Positions 1 to 9,475 of a DNA stretch of 64,000 bases are shown piece after piece; position 1 is the stretch's first letter; every line of letters starts with the position of its first letter. The notes beneath the pieces are model-generated. The model did not search any database, had not been told where the DNA came from, and saw only the letters and a program-made list of their open reading frames with translations. Source of the stretch: Microcoleus sp. (lineage in GTDB: Bacteria; Cyanobacteriota; Cyanobacteriia; Cyanobacteriales; Microcoleaceae); NCBI GenBank assembly GCA_042408215.1, contig JAYFMW010000030.1, positions 160,001-224,000 of the forward strand. The letters run 5' to 3'. The translations under genes were made by a program, and so were the position numbers.

Positions 1-1335
1 CGCTTTCATGGTGGTTATCCAATAAATGATTGGAAGCAGAATTTAGTAGATATTGTTCACCCGCAGCAAAAATGGCAGGTGAAAACTCATGATACTGATG
101 ATAAACCAAAGGGGGAGACTGGTTTTGCGCTGATTTCTTTATTGCAACCTACGATTAATTTTGGGATTTCTAGTTTATTGCCAGAAACTGATTGGGAGGA
201 AATTTGGGCTATTTGGGAAAGGGCTTTAGGCTACGGAATTGGCTGTCGTACTAGCAGCGGTTATGGAATGCCTAAGCAACGTCTCCGGGAATCGGGAGAA
301 GTTGATTGTCCCATTCCTATTCAGGGAGAAGTTCTCTATAAGGCTTGGCTGAAAGGACAGGGACAATCGCCTACATCGATCGATAAAACCCCAGAATTTC
401 GTCCTAATATTTTTCGGGGGAGTTTGCGCGGTCATGCTTTGCGAATTTTTGGGGGATTAACAAATTCAGACATGGCGGATAAGTTAGTAGAAAATTTGTT
501 TGGTGGTGTGGAAGATGGGGGAACTCAGGGATTATTAAGTTGTTTTTTTGAAACTTCGTCTCTAACACTTGGTCGGTTTACGGATGGATATGGTGAACCA
601 ACTTATGATGTAGTTGGGGAGTTACGTTGGCTATTAATGGCACCCCGTCAATTGGGTGAAACGAATCAGGAGGTACTGAAAAGGTTATTGAGGCTGTTAA
701 TGCAGTTTGCTATGCTATTTGGTGGGTTTGGGAAGTCCTGGAGGCGATCGGATCATCGCTTGTTTTATGAGGAATACTACCAGGGAAATAGTTCTAAACC
801 TTTAATTGGCTGTCACTGGCGGTGGGATAATAGATCTCTGGGAAATGCGGCTAAGGTTCGTAATTTGAATCAAGTTGCGCCGTTTCTGAATGAGGTGAGG
901 CAAATTGCTAGTGAATGGATGCATCTGAATGGAGTAGAACCTGATGAAAGTCAATATTCGGATTGGCGAGAAGCATGGCATCCTGAAAATGTGCAAATTT
1001 TTGGACGGCTGGCTGATGGCGCAGATTCTGAGGCGATTAAGTGGCTACACCAGCCTTATCAAAGAGCTAATCAGCAATTTAAGGAAGTTGAAAAGAGTAT
1101 CAAGAAATCTGATTTAGCGGGTAAAATCAGTCAAATTGGTAGACTTTGGCATCGGATGTATCCAGTGGTTATTCTGGTGGACAATCCGAACAATCCGGGG
1201 AGAAGAGTACCGAGGGCGACTGATAATTATCTAGAAATATTGACTATTTTTCCTGATGATTCTCTTAACTGTGAAGATTTTTTGAAGTTTCTCCAGTCTG
1301 AACCGGGAGGGTTTAAGAGACTTTGGCCGCAGTGA
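1..1335 (+). CDS. cmr6: Type III-B CRISPR RAMP protein, Cmr6-like with a C-terminal Cmr1-like RAMP domain (5' truncated by window edge)
   Basis: Frame is open from base 1 (RFHGGYP...VDIVHPQQ). Two G-rich loops (GIGCRTSSGYG; FGGFGKSWRR) and FRGSLRGHALRIFGG...LFGG. Directly upstream of a CRISPR array. Confidence 0.75.
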   Translation, partial: RFHGGYPINDWKQNLVDIVHPQQKWQVKTHDTDDKPKGETGFALISLLQPTINFGISSLLPETDWEEIWAIWERALGYGIGCRTSSGYGMPKQRLRESGEVDCPIPIQGEVLYKAWLKGQGQSPTSIDKTPEFRPNIFRGSLRGHALRIFGGLTNSDMADKLVENLFGGVEDGGTQGLLSCFFETSSLTLGRFTDGYGEPTYDVVGELRWLLMAPRQLGETNQEVLKRLLRLLMQFAMLFGGFGKSWRRSDHRLFYEEYYQGNSSKPLIGCHWRWDNRSLGNAAKVRNLNQVAPFLNEVRQIASEWMHLNGVEPDESQYSDWREAWHPENVQIFGRLADGADSEAIKWLHQPYQRANQQFKEVEKSIKKSDLAGKISQIGRLWHRMYPVVILVDNPNNPGRRVPRATDNYLEILTIFPDDSLNCEDFLKFLQSEPGGFKRLWPQ

Positions 1336-1339
1336 TGCC

Positions 1340-1756
1340 AAGTTCGACTAAATGGAGCGCATCTGCTTAAAATCCCTGAAAGCCTTGTGGTATAATGGTT
1401 TGCAACGATATACAGGGCTTACAAGCTTTGTCGATGCAGCTATTTTGGCTTAATTGCTCTGTTAGGTTAGAAGGTGCGTCGATCGCAGGAGAGATTGCTT
1501 TCTTGGTTTGATGAATAAATTGAAAGTATTGTGATATATAGGTTTCAGGGGATATGAGGAGTTGTGAATGGTTCATCGACACACCTCGGCAAATCTCTGA
1601 AACCCTGATTTTGGGGTTTACCTGCGTCGATGCTTTGCGGGGTATGGGTTTGAGAGTGGTAATTTTGGGATTTTTGCTATGGATCTGTGGTACATTTTAG
1701 AGGTGCGTCGATTTAAGGGCTGGAATCCACTCTGGGTATAGGCTCTGCGGCGAACT
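1340..1756 (+). promoter_or_regulatory. CRISPR leader region
   Basis: Non-coding stretch between the RAMP gene and the first repeat. Variant and degenerate repeats lie at the opposite end of the array. Confidence 0.7.
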
Positions 1757-3284
1757 CCCTACCGATGGGTTTAAATCGGATTAGTTGGAAACAAAAGAAT
1801 AGCCTGAAGAAGAGTGCGGAGAACGAACCCTACCGATGGGTTTAAATCGGATTAGTTGGAAACTTTCTGTTCCATCTGCGTATTCAAAAAATACGGTTGC
1901 CCCTACCGATGGGTTTAAATCGGATTAGTTGGAAACAAAATGTTGGTTTAGTCTAAAAATTTGGAAAAAAAAGCCCTACCGATGGGTTTAAATCGGATTA
2001 GTTGGAAACATCATTAATATGGTAGGTTCTCCATTTGGTTTATCAACTGGAACCCTACCGATGGGTTTAAATCGGATTAGTTGGAAACACTCTAACATAC
2101 AATTCAAACCAGATGAAGTGAATTCAACCCTACCGATGGGTTTAAATCGGATTAGTTGGAAACAAACCTTCTCTTTCTAAACCGTCTGGTGAAACTAACT
2201 TCCCTACCGATGGGTTTAAATCGGATTAGTTGGAAACGATTAGAGTAAAAGGGAAGGAAAAGCAAAAAATTTCAGAAGACCCTACCGATGGGTTTAAATC
2301 GGATTAGTTGGAAACAATTTACGCCTTGATTCATTGATCCGGCAGACATGGTGCCCTACCGATGGGTTTAAATCGGATTAGTTGGAAACATTAATTGTCA
2401 GCGTACCATTCGACTTTACAGCGATTCCCTACCGATGGGTTTAAATCGGATTAGTTGGAAACTTTCTTGAGCCAAAGCTGGAGCGGAAATTGCAGAAATA
2501 CCCTACCGATGGGTTTAAATCGGATTAGTTGGAAACCTGAATTGTCCACGCATTACTTTGAGCATTATAATCCCTACCGATGGGTTTAAATCGGATTAGT
2601 TGGAAACTTGGATGACCAGTATTTCCCAACGTTTGAGCATCCATACCCTACCGATGGGTTTAAATCGGATTAGTTGGAAACTCCTGGAAACACACCTCGG
2701 AAGTGAAAACCTCCGGAAGTCCCTACCGATGGGTTTAAATCGGATTAGTTGGAAACTAAAATCTGGGCGTCCGTATCCTTGTCAAAGCCTGAATCCCTAC
2801 CGATGGGTTTAAATCGGATTAGTTGGAAACGAGTTAGAAACAACGCCAGCCTGAATTCGCATCTGAGTTTTATCAGCCCTACCGATGGGTTTTAATCGGA
2901 TTAGTTGGAAACGAATTACCGTCAGATGGAGCTCCGCAAAGTTCACAAAAACCCCTACCGATGGGTTTTAATCGGATTAGTTGGAAACAACCGTGTTGCC
3001 ATCTGGAGATCGCCGCATCTCCGTATTCCCTACCGATGGGTTTTAATCGGATTAGTTGGAAACAGACCAGCCACCTTTTTTGAAGGCTTCAATTGCATTT
3101 TCCCTACCGATGGGTTTTAATCGGATTAGTTGGAAACGTCAATTAAAAAATTATAATCACCTCCCAGACTAACCCTACCGATGGGTTTTAATCGGATTAG
3201 TTGGAAACAATTCTGTAGGGGCAATTCATGAATTTTCCCTACAGAATTGCCCCTACATTGAATCCTAACGATGGGTTAAAAACC
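1757..3284 (+). CRISPR. CRISPR array: 20 full 36-nt repeats CCCTACCGATGGGTTTAAATCGGATTAGTTGGAAAC (1757-3208) plus a degenerate terminal repeat (~3263-3284)
   Basis: Repeats start at 1757, 1828, 1901, 1974, 2053, 2128, 2202, 2280, 2354, 2427, 2501, 2572, 2646, 2721, 2795, 2877, 2953, 3028, 3102, 3173. The 19 unique spacers between full repeats are 35-46 nt. Repeats end in GAAAC. Confidence 0.98.
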
Positions 3285-3522
3285 ATTAGACAACTGTCTG
3301 CGGTCGATAGGAAAGTTGATCGGCATTCTCATGGCGGAACGCGATCGCAAATTGCCTAATTTTTTTGGTTTTTCCTATTGCAATTTAGATGGATTTGGTA
3401 TACTATAGTATCATGGGAATCTGTGCGGCCATATAAGGTAGCTCTGCATTAAGTCTGAAAGAATTTCAACCACAGATGATGGCGGATGAACGCGGATGAA
3501 CGCAGATGAAGATTGGAAGTAT

Positions 3523-4785
3523 TTAAGGTTGGGATTTTTGTTGTTTCAGGAAGTAGCCGATGAGGTATAGGGAACCGCAGAGAACTGTTAAGTTTTCGTC
3601 TGCAACAGCATCGTCTAAGGCTATTGTTAAGTCGGGGAAGGTTTGACAGAGTGTTAATTCAGGACAGATAATTTGGGCGAGGGCGGCTAATTCTGCGGGT
3701 GGTGTTGAATTTTGATCGGGTACGGGTACTAAATACAGCCGATCGCCCTTTTTGAGTAATGCTTTTAATATATCATCGCTGTCTTTGGTAGCAAGAATCC
3801 CGATTACCCAGTTAATTGGTTGGTAGTTGTGAAAATTATCGACATATTCACGCAACGCAATGGCTGCGGCTGGATTGTGAGCTCCATCTATTAATATTGT
3901 CTGGTTTTTCCAAGTTGTTTGTTGGAGTCTTCCTGGCCATTGGGTTTTGGCTATACCGTTTTCGATCGCAGTTTCGGATATTTTCCATCCTTGGTTTTGC
4001 AGAGTTTGGATAGTTGCGATCGCAATTGCTGAATTCATTAGTTGAATTTTTCCCAGCAATGGCAATTCATACTTTATTGTAACAGTATTTTGATTTGACT
4101 GATATTCTGCGAATCCTTGTCCTAAATCTATAGCTGGTTTTACCCAAGTTGTTGGACAGTCTAATTCTTGGATGCGTTTCTCTATGACCATTCTAGCATC
4201 TTCTGGCAATTCTCCGATAATTGCTGGACATTTTGATTTGAGAATGCCGGCTTTTTCCCCAGCAATATCGGCGACGGTGGGGCCAAGTATTTGCCAATGT
4301 TCGAGGCTGATTGATGTGATGACGCACGCTAGGGGTGTTTCGCAAACGTTAGTCGCGTCTAATCTTCCTCCTAATCCGGTTTCTATGACTGCTATGTCTG
4401 TTTTTTTTTCGGCGAAGTACAGCCAAGCTACAGCGGTGATGATTTCAAATTGGGTGGGGGTTTCGCTGTCGTCTTGGGTGGTGGCGATGACTCGTTCGAG
4501 GTATTCTTGTAATTCTGTTGGGGAAATTGGTTTTTGATTGATGCAAATTCTTTCTGTCCAATCAATTAAATGCGGAGATGTGTAGCGCCCGACTCGATAA
4601 CCTGCTTCTGTGAGTACGGATGATAGGTAGGCGCAGACTGAACCTTTGCCATTTGTGCCGGCAATGTGGATAATGGGTACTTGTTTGTGGGGGTTGTCTA
4701 ATTTTTCTAGAAGTTGGTTGATTCTTTCGAGGCCGAGATGGACGCCGAAGTGTTGGTATGATTTAAGGATGGATTCTGCATTCAT
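3523..4785 (-). CDS. folC: Bifunctional folylpolyglutamate synthase/dihydrofolate synthase
   Basis: HIAGTNGKGS, YTSPHL, ETGLGGRLDATN and DGAHNP motifs. Confidence 0.95.
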   Translation of the reverse strand: MNAESILKSYQHFGVHLGLERINQLLEKLDNPHKQVPIIHIAGTNGKGSVCAYLSSVLTEAGYRVGRYTSPHLIDWTERICINQKPISPTELQEYLERVIATTQDDSETPTQFEIITAVAWLYFAEKKTDIAVIETGLGGRLDATNVCETPLACVITSISLEHWQILGPTVADIAGEKAGILKSKCPAIIGELPEDARMVIEKRIQELDCPTTWVKPAIDLGQGFAEYQSNQNTVTIKYELPLLGKIQLMNSAIAIATIQTLQNQGWKISETAIENGIAKTQWPGRLQQTTWKNQTILIDGAHNPAAAIALREYVDNFHNYQPINWVIGILATKDSDDILKALLKKGDRLYLVPVPDQNSTPPAELAALAQIICPELTLCQTFPDLTIALDDAVADENLTVLCGSLYLIGYFLKQQKSQP

Positions 4786-4851
4786 TGATTATTTCCCAGT
4801 CCACGTAGGTGGACTTAGTTTGTGTAGTAGCGATTTCAATCGCCGAGTTTT

Positions 4852-5844
4852 GTGAATATTATTTCTCTGTTTGCGGGTTGTGGTGGATTGGATTTGGGTT
4901 TTCGTCTAGCTGGCTTTAATCCGGTTTGGGCTAATGAGTACGATCGCACTATTTGGGACACTTATCAATTTAACCATACTGACACTCTTTTAGATGGAAG
5001 AGATATCCGAAAAATCAATTCTGATGAAATTCCCAACTGTGTTGGAATTATTGGTGGCCCTCCTTGTCAAAGTTGGAGTGCGGCTGGTGCGAAACGGGGG
5101 ATTGATGACTGTCGGGGTCAACTTTTTTGGGATTATATCCGCATTGTGCGGGACAAGCAGCCTTTGTTTTTCTTGGCTGAGAATGTCGGTGGTATCTTAG
5201 CTCCTCGAAATCGGGATGCTTTCACTTATATATTATCGCAATTTGAGCAAATTGGCTATCGGGTTTCGTACAAGTTGTTAAATGCTAGAAATTTTGGTGT
5301 TCCCCAGGACAGGAAAAGGGTGATTGTGATTGGCTATCGAGAAAGTCTGGGTTTTGGTTTTGAGTTTCCTCAACCTGGGGATGAGGTTTTGACTTTGAGA
5401 GATGCGATTTTTGACTTAAGGGCGATCGCACCTATTCCACTTAAGGGTAAATTAGATCATTATCACCCGCTTATCCCCAATCACGAATGTGCAGATTTAG
5501 GATTTTCGAGTATTTATATGTCGCGGAATCGAGTTAGAAGTTGGTCAGAACCTTCTTTTACAATTCAGGCTAGTGGCCGACACGCGCCTATTCACCCTCA
5601 AGCTAGTAAAATGATTTTAGTTGGGAAAGACCAACGCATTTTTGACCCGAATTCGCCTCAACCTTACCGCAGATTGTCTGTGAGAGAATGTGCGAGAGTT
5701 CAGACTTTCCCGAATGACTTCATTTTCAAGTACAAGTATATCATTGACGGATATAAAATGGTTGGTAATGCTGTCCCCGTGAATTTAGCTAAAGTTTTAG
5801 CGAGTAAGATTTTTGAAGATACTGTCATTGGGAATAGGGCATAG
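4852..5844 (+). CDS. DNA (cytosine-5)-methyltransferase, M.HaeIII-like (probably GGCC), orphan
   Basis: FAGCGG, GGPPCQSWS, ENV, QDRKRV and GNAV motifs. TRD segment MSRNRVRSWSEPSFTIQASGR resembles M.HaeIII as I recall it. Confidence 0.85.
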   Translation: MNIISLFAGCGGLDLGFRLAGFNPVWANEYDRTIWDTYQFNHTDTLLDGRDIRKINSDEIPNCVGIIGGPPCQSWSAAGAKRGIDDCRGQLFWDYIRIVRDKQPLFFLAENVGGILAPRNRDAFTYILSQFEQIGYRVSYKLLNARNFGVPQDRKRVIVIGYRESLGFGFEFPQPGDEVLTLRDAIFDLRAIAPIPLKGKLDHYHPLIPNHECADLGFSSIYMSRNRVRSWSEPSFTIQASGRHAPIHPQASKMILVGKDQRIFDPNSPQPYRRLSVRECARVQTFPNDFIFKYKYIIDGYKMVGNAVPVNLAKVLASKIFEDTVIGNRA

Positions 5845-5872
5845 GGCATAGGGAATTGGGAATTGGGAATTG
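5829..5872. repeat. STRR heptamer tract (GGGCATA/GGGAATT)
   Basis: Tandem heptamers seen directly. Confidence 0.85.
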
Positions 5873-5898
5873 GCACAGTTTGTTTTCCTTCTTACTTC

Positions 5899-6155
5899 AA
5901 TCCGTTAAATCCGCTAAATCCGTTACAGAATCCGTTGCCGAACTTTCTTCATCCGTTACATCCGTTACAGAATCCGTTGCCGAACTTCCTTCATCCGCTA
6001 AATCCGTTACAGAATCCGTTGCCGAACTTCCTTCATCCGCTAAATCCGTTACAGAATCCGTTGCCGAACTTCCTTCATCCGCTAAATCCGTTACAGAATC
6101 CGTTGCCGAACTTCCTTCATCCGTTACATCCGTTACAGAATCCGTTGCCGAACTT
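5899..6155. repeat. 42-bp tandem repeat, 6 copies (core ACAGAATCCGTTGCCGAACTT)
   Basis: Core at 5925, 5967, 6009, 6051, 6093, 6135. Confidence 0.95.
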
Positions 6156-7361
6156 GGTCAACTCACCGAGATTTTGCTGAATCGCACTTATCCCCCGCAG
6201 ATGAGAAAGAATCGAACCTCCATACAAAAAGCTATTCAAGCTAACTTGATAATTCTGCTGTACCGCCAAATCCAACCACAAATTGTCGATCGCATCTCCC
6301 GGCTTATAGTCAGGAATATTATGCTGATAATAAGGAAAACTGTCAATACAAGTATTGAAAAAGTTCTTGCGCCCGCAATGTTTTAAATACTGATATCGTG
6401 GCTTAAATTCTGCCCGATTTTCCAATACTGTATATATAGTATCGGCGAGAGATTCTGGGTCAAATTTGGCGTAAAGGCCCGCACCTTCGGGGAATACGGG
6501 CGAGTCGCCTCTGGCGTATTGATTGAACTCTTGGAAACAAATTACTGGAACATTGCAACTCATGGCTTCGGTGATTCCTCTGTTTTTTCCTTCGAGGAGG
6601 GAACCGAGGACAAATGCTTTTGCTCGCGAATAATAGGTGGGCATTTCGCTGTAGTAATCCACTCTCGGTACTAGGTTAATGTAGTCGCAGGGATTGGTTA
6701 AAATTGTCTCGATTTGTCGCCATTCGTTTAAGGCGAATTCGTCGAGACTGTTCATATTATTAACATCAAATTCATGGCCGGTGACAACTGTTAATTTTAT
6801 CGGTTTGTGCGGATATTTTTGGCGGTAAACTTTTAAGGCTTTGGCTATTGTGGGTAAGTTCTTTTCTTCGGAGATTCTGGCGACGGCGAGTAAGTCGATG
6901 TCTTTTTCGGGGACATTTCTGGGGGAAATTAAGTATTCGTTGATGAAGTCGGTGTCTTGTAGTGGTATGATTGGTTTGTGGGCGCGATCGGGATAAGTTT
7001 CTCGAAACCACTTTTCTCGCTGGGGGTTTTTGTATAAGCTGGAGTAAGCATCAGCTATGGGTGCCCAAGAATAGGAGATTCCGGGGGAATAGGTAAAGGC
7101 AAAAAATACTGAGGAAAGTTCGGGAAATAGTTTGTTGATGAGTTCGACTGCTTCGCTGAAGTAAATGCCTTTGATGAATTTTCCTTCGTAAAACAATGGG
7201 GGAAGTAAGACGTAAAAGCTGGCGATATCGAAGCGGTGAGGTTCATCTTCGAATATCTCCCAGCTAAAGGCGTCGAAGTCTGCATAAATCTCGGCGATTG
7301 GTTTGTTGATTTTTGGAGTGTGCAAATATGGTTTTTGTCGATCGTAGTTTCCGCGTACCAT
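6117..7361 (-). CDS. Glycosyltransferase (GT-B fold, GT4-like)
   Basis: VARISEEKNL and EGKNRGITEAMSCNVPVI (E-x7-E) motifs. Confidence 0.8.
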   Translation of the reverse strand: MVRGNYDRQKPYLHTPKINKPIAEIYADFDAFSWEIFEDEPHRFDIASFYVLLPPLFYEGKFIKGIYFSEAVELINKLFPELSSVFFAFTYSPGISYSWAPIADAYSSLYKNPQREKWFRETYPDRAHKPIIPLQDTDFINEYLISPRNVPEKDIDLLAVARISEEKNLPTIAKALKVYRQKYPHKPIKLTVVTGHEFDVNNMNSLDEFALNEWRQIETILTNPCDYINLVPRVDYYSEMPTYYSRAKAFVLGSLLEGKNRGITEAMSCNVPVICFQEFNQYARGDSPVFPEGAGLYAKFDPESLADTIYTVLENRAEFKPRYQYLKHCGRKNFFNTCIDSFPYYQHNIPDYKPGDAIDNLWLDLAVQQNYQVSLNSFLYGGSILSHLRGISAIQQNLGELTKFGNGFCNGCNG

Positions 7362-7431
7362 ATAATTTTGAGTGTGATTATTTAACTTTTTTTATTTAAC
7401 CGCAGAGGCCGCAGAGGGCGCAGAGGGTTTT

Positions 7432-8295
7432 CTATGATAATGATTCATTGTCGCCTATTGTGAGGGCGAGTTGGTAGATTTGGCGACGGGGAAGGGATGT
7501 TTGTTGGGCTAGTTGGCGGCTGGCTTGGGAACGAGTTATTCCTGCTGCGATTAATGTTTGCAATTCTGCTTTGATTGCATCTTCTGAAAATATTGGTGTG
7601 GCTGTTTGGATGCCGGCAATTATGAGGGTAAATTCTCCTTTGGGTTCGCGATTGGTGTAAAGTTCGATCGCACTTTCGATACTACCACGCCAAAACTCTT
7701 CGTGCATCTTGGTCAACTCCCTCGCTAATACAATCTGTCTGTCGTTTCCCAGAGTATTTGCTAAATCTTGTAAAGTTTGTCGCAATCGGTGGGGAGATTC
7801 GTATAAGATGATGGTGCGGAATTCTATTTGCAAAGCTTCTAAACCTTGCTGGCGTTCTTGACCTTTCGCGGGCAAGAAACCTTCAAATACAAATCTATCT
7901 GTGGGTAATCCTGATGCAGTTAGGCCGACAATGCAGGCACTGGGGCCGGGAATCGGAATTATGTTAATATTAGCATCAGCGCTAGCTTTGACTAACTCGT
8001 ATCCTGGGTCGGAGATTCCGGGCATTCCCGCATCTGTAACTAGGGCGATATTTTTACCTAAAAGCAGTTTGTCGATGAGTTCGGGGAGTCGTTGATGTCG
8101 GTTATGTTCATGATAGCTGATTTGGGGGGTTTTTACTTGAAAATGTTGCAAAAGTTTACCTGTATGGCGGGTATCTTCTGCCGCGATATAATCTACTGTT
8201 TGCAAGATGCGGATGGCGCGAAATGTCATGTCTTCGAGGTTGCCGATTGGGGTTCCTACGATGTAAAGTGTTCCTGTATTGGGATTTGCTTGCAT
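7432..8295 (-). CDS. rsmI: 16S rRNA (cytidine1402-2'-O)-methyltransferase
   Basis: LYIVGTPIGNLED, AAEDTR, DAGMPGISDPG, ESPHR and ARELTK motifs. Start set at MQANP. Confidence 0.95.
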   Translation of the reverse strand: MQANPNTGTLYIVGTPIGNLEDMTFRAIRILQTVDYIAAEDTRHTGKLLQHFQVKTPQISYHEHNRHQRLPELIDKLLLGKNIALVTDAGMPGISDPGYELVKASADANINIIPIPGPSACIVGLTASGLPTDRFVFEGFLPAKGQERQQGLEALQIEFRTIILYESPHRLRQTLQDLANTLGNDRQIVLARELTKMHEEFWRGSIESAIELYTNREPKGEFTLIIAGIQTATPIFSEDAIKAELQTLIAAGITRSQASRQLAQQTSLPRRQIYQLALTIGDNESLS

Positions 8296-8365
8296 TTTAA
8301 GATTTAGATTTTTTAACCGGAGATAGTGCACGGGCGGGACGCCCATGCCACATATTTAATAAGAT

Positions 8366-9223
8366 ATGAAAACTGGATTGTTTGTGGGATTGGCGACTTG
8401 GGATTTGGTTTATTTGGCGCAGCAGCCTCCGGGGGAAAATCAGAAAGTTGTTGCTTCTGATTGTACCATTGCTGCGGGTGGGCCGGCGGCGAATGCTGCG
8501 GTGACTTTTAGCTATTTGGGGAATGGGGCGATATGGGCTGGGGTTTTGGGCACTCACGCGATCGCCCAATTGATTCGGACAGACTTAGCAGAGTATAATG
8601 TGAGGATAATCGATTTAGCGCCAGGGCGATCGGACCCGCCACCAGTTTCTTCGATTATTGTAACTCAAGGAACCGGAGGGCGATCGGTAATTTCCATCAA
8701 TGCTACGAAATCCCAGGTTGACCCTCAAGCAATTAACCAAGATATTTTAACATCAGTTAATATTGTACTGGTTGACGGACACCAAATCCCAGCCAGCCAA
8801 GAAATTGCTCAAATTGCCAAGTCCAAGAACATTCCAATTGTACTCGATGGCGGCAGTTGGAAACCAGGATTAGAAGAAATATTGCCTTTTATAGAATGGG
8901 CTGTGTGCTCCGATAATTTTCATCCACCCAATTGCGACAACTCTGAAGAAGTGTTTGCTTATCTATCAGCAGCCGGAATTCCAAACATCGCCATCACTCG
9001 CGGCGAAAAACCAATTTTATACCTCAACAATGGCAAACATGGCAGTATAGAAATCCCTCAAATTCAAGCCAAAGACACTTTAGGCGCAGGCGATATTTTC
9101 CACGGGGCTTTCTGTCACTATATTATGGAAAATAACTTTACAGATAGTCTCACCGCAGCCACAAAAATCGCTTCCGATTCCTGCAAAAAATTCGGAACCC
9201 GCCGCTGGATGAAAAATGGTTAA
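8366..9223 (+). CDS. PfkB-family carbohydrate kinase
   Basis: GGPAANAA and DTLGAGDIFHG motifs. Confidence 0.9.
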   Translation: MKTGLFVGLATWDLVYLAQQPPGENQKVVASDCTIAAGGPAANAAVTFSYLGNGAIWAGVLGTHAIAQLIRTDLAEYNVRIIDLAPGRSDPPPVSSIIVTQGTGGRSVISINATKSQVDPQAINQDILTSVNIVLVDGHQIPASQEIAQIAKSKNIPIVLDGGSWKPGLEEILPFIEWAVCSDNFHPPNCDNSEEVFAYLSAAGIPNIAITRGEKPILYLNNGKHGSIEIPQIQAKDTLGAGDIFHGAFCHYIMENNFTDSLTAATKIASDSCKKFGTRRWMKNG

Positions 9224-9475
9224 TTTTAAATTAAAATTAACCAAAGTATCCGGGAAAAACCAATCCAAACTATAAAAATTCAACAAGCAAGTCAAAATCA
9301 TTATAGCAATCATTGTAGCATTTGTGAATTTCTCTGTTTCCTCTTCCTCTGCGCCCTCTGCGCTCTCTGCGGTTCACAAAAAAAAATATACATATTCACA
9401 AATCAAACAGGATTGCTATATTAGTAAGACAACCTCAAACCAAACCAAACAGTCCCAAAACAACATACCCGAATC

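Noticed and set aside
2690..2700. ACACACCTCGG shared between spacer 13 and the leader (~1579)
   Set aside because: Only 11 nt; compatible with chance.
2600..3120. ORFs 2600-2812 and 2905-3120
   Set aside because: Translations of CRISPR repeats and spacers.
5856..6386. Repetitive ORFs (SVTESVAELP / NPLPNFLHPL) resembling multi-core RiPP precursors
   Set aside because: Products of a 42-bp DNA repeat that also occurs at 26266; they start in an STRR tract and overlap the glycosyltransferase antisense.
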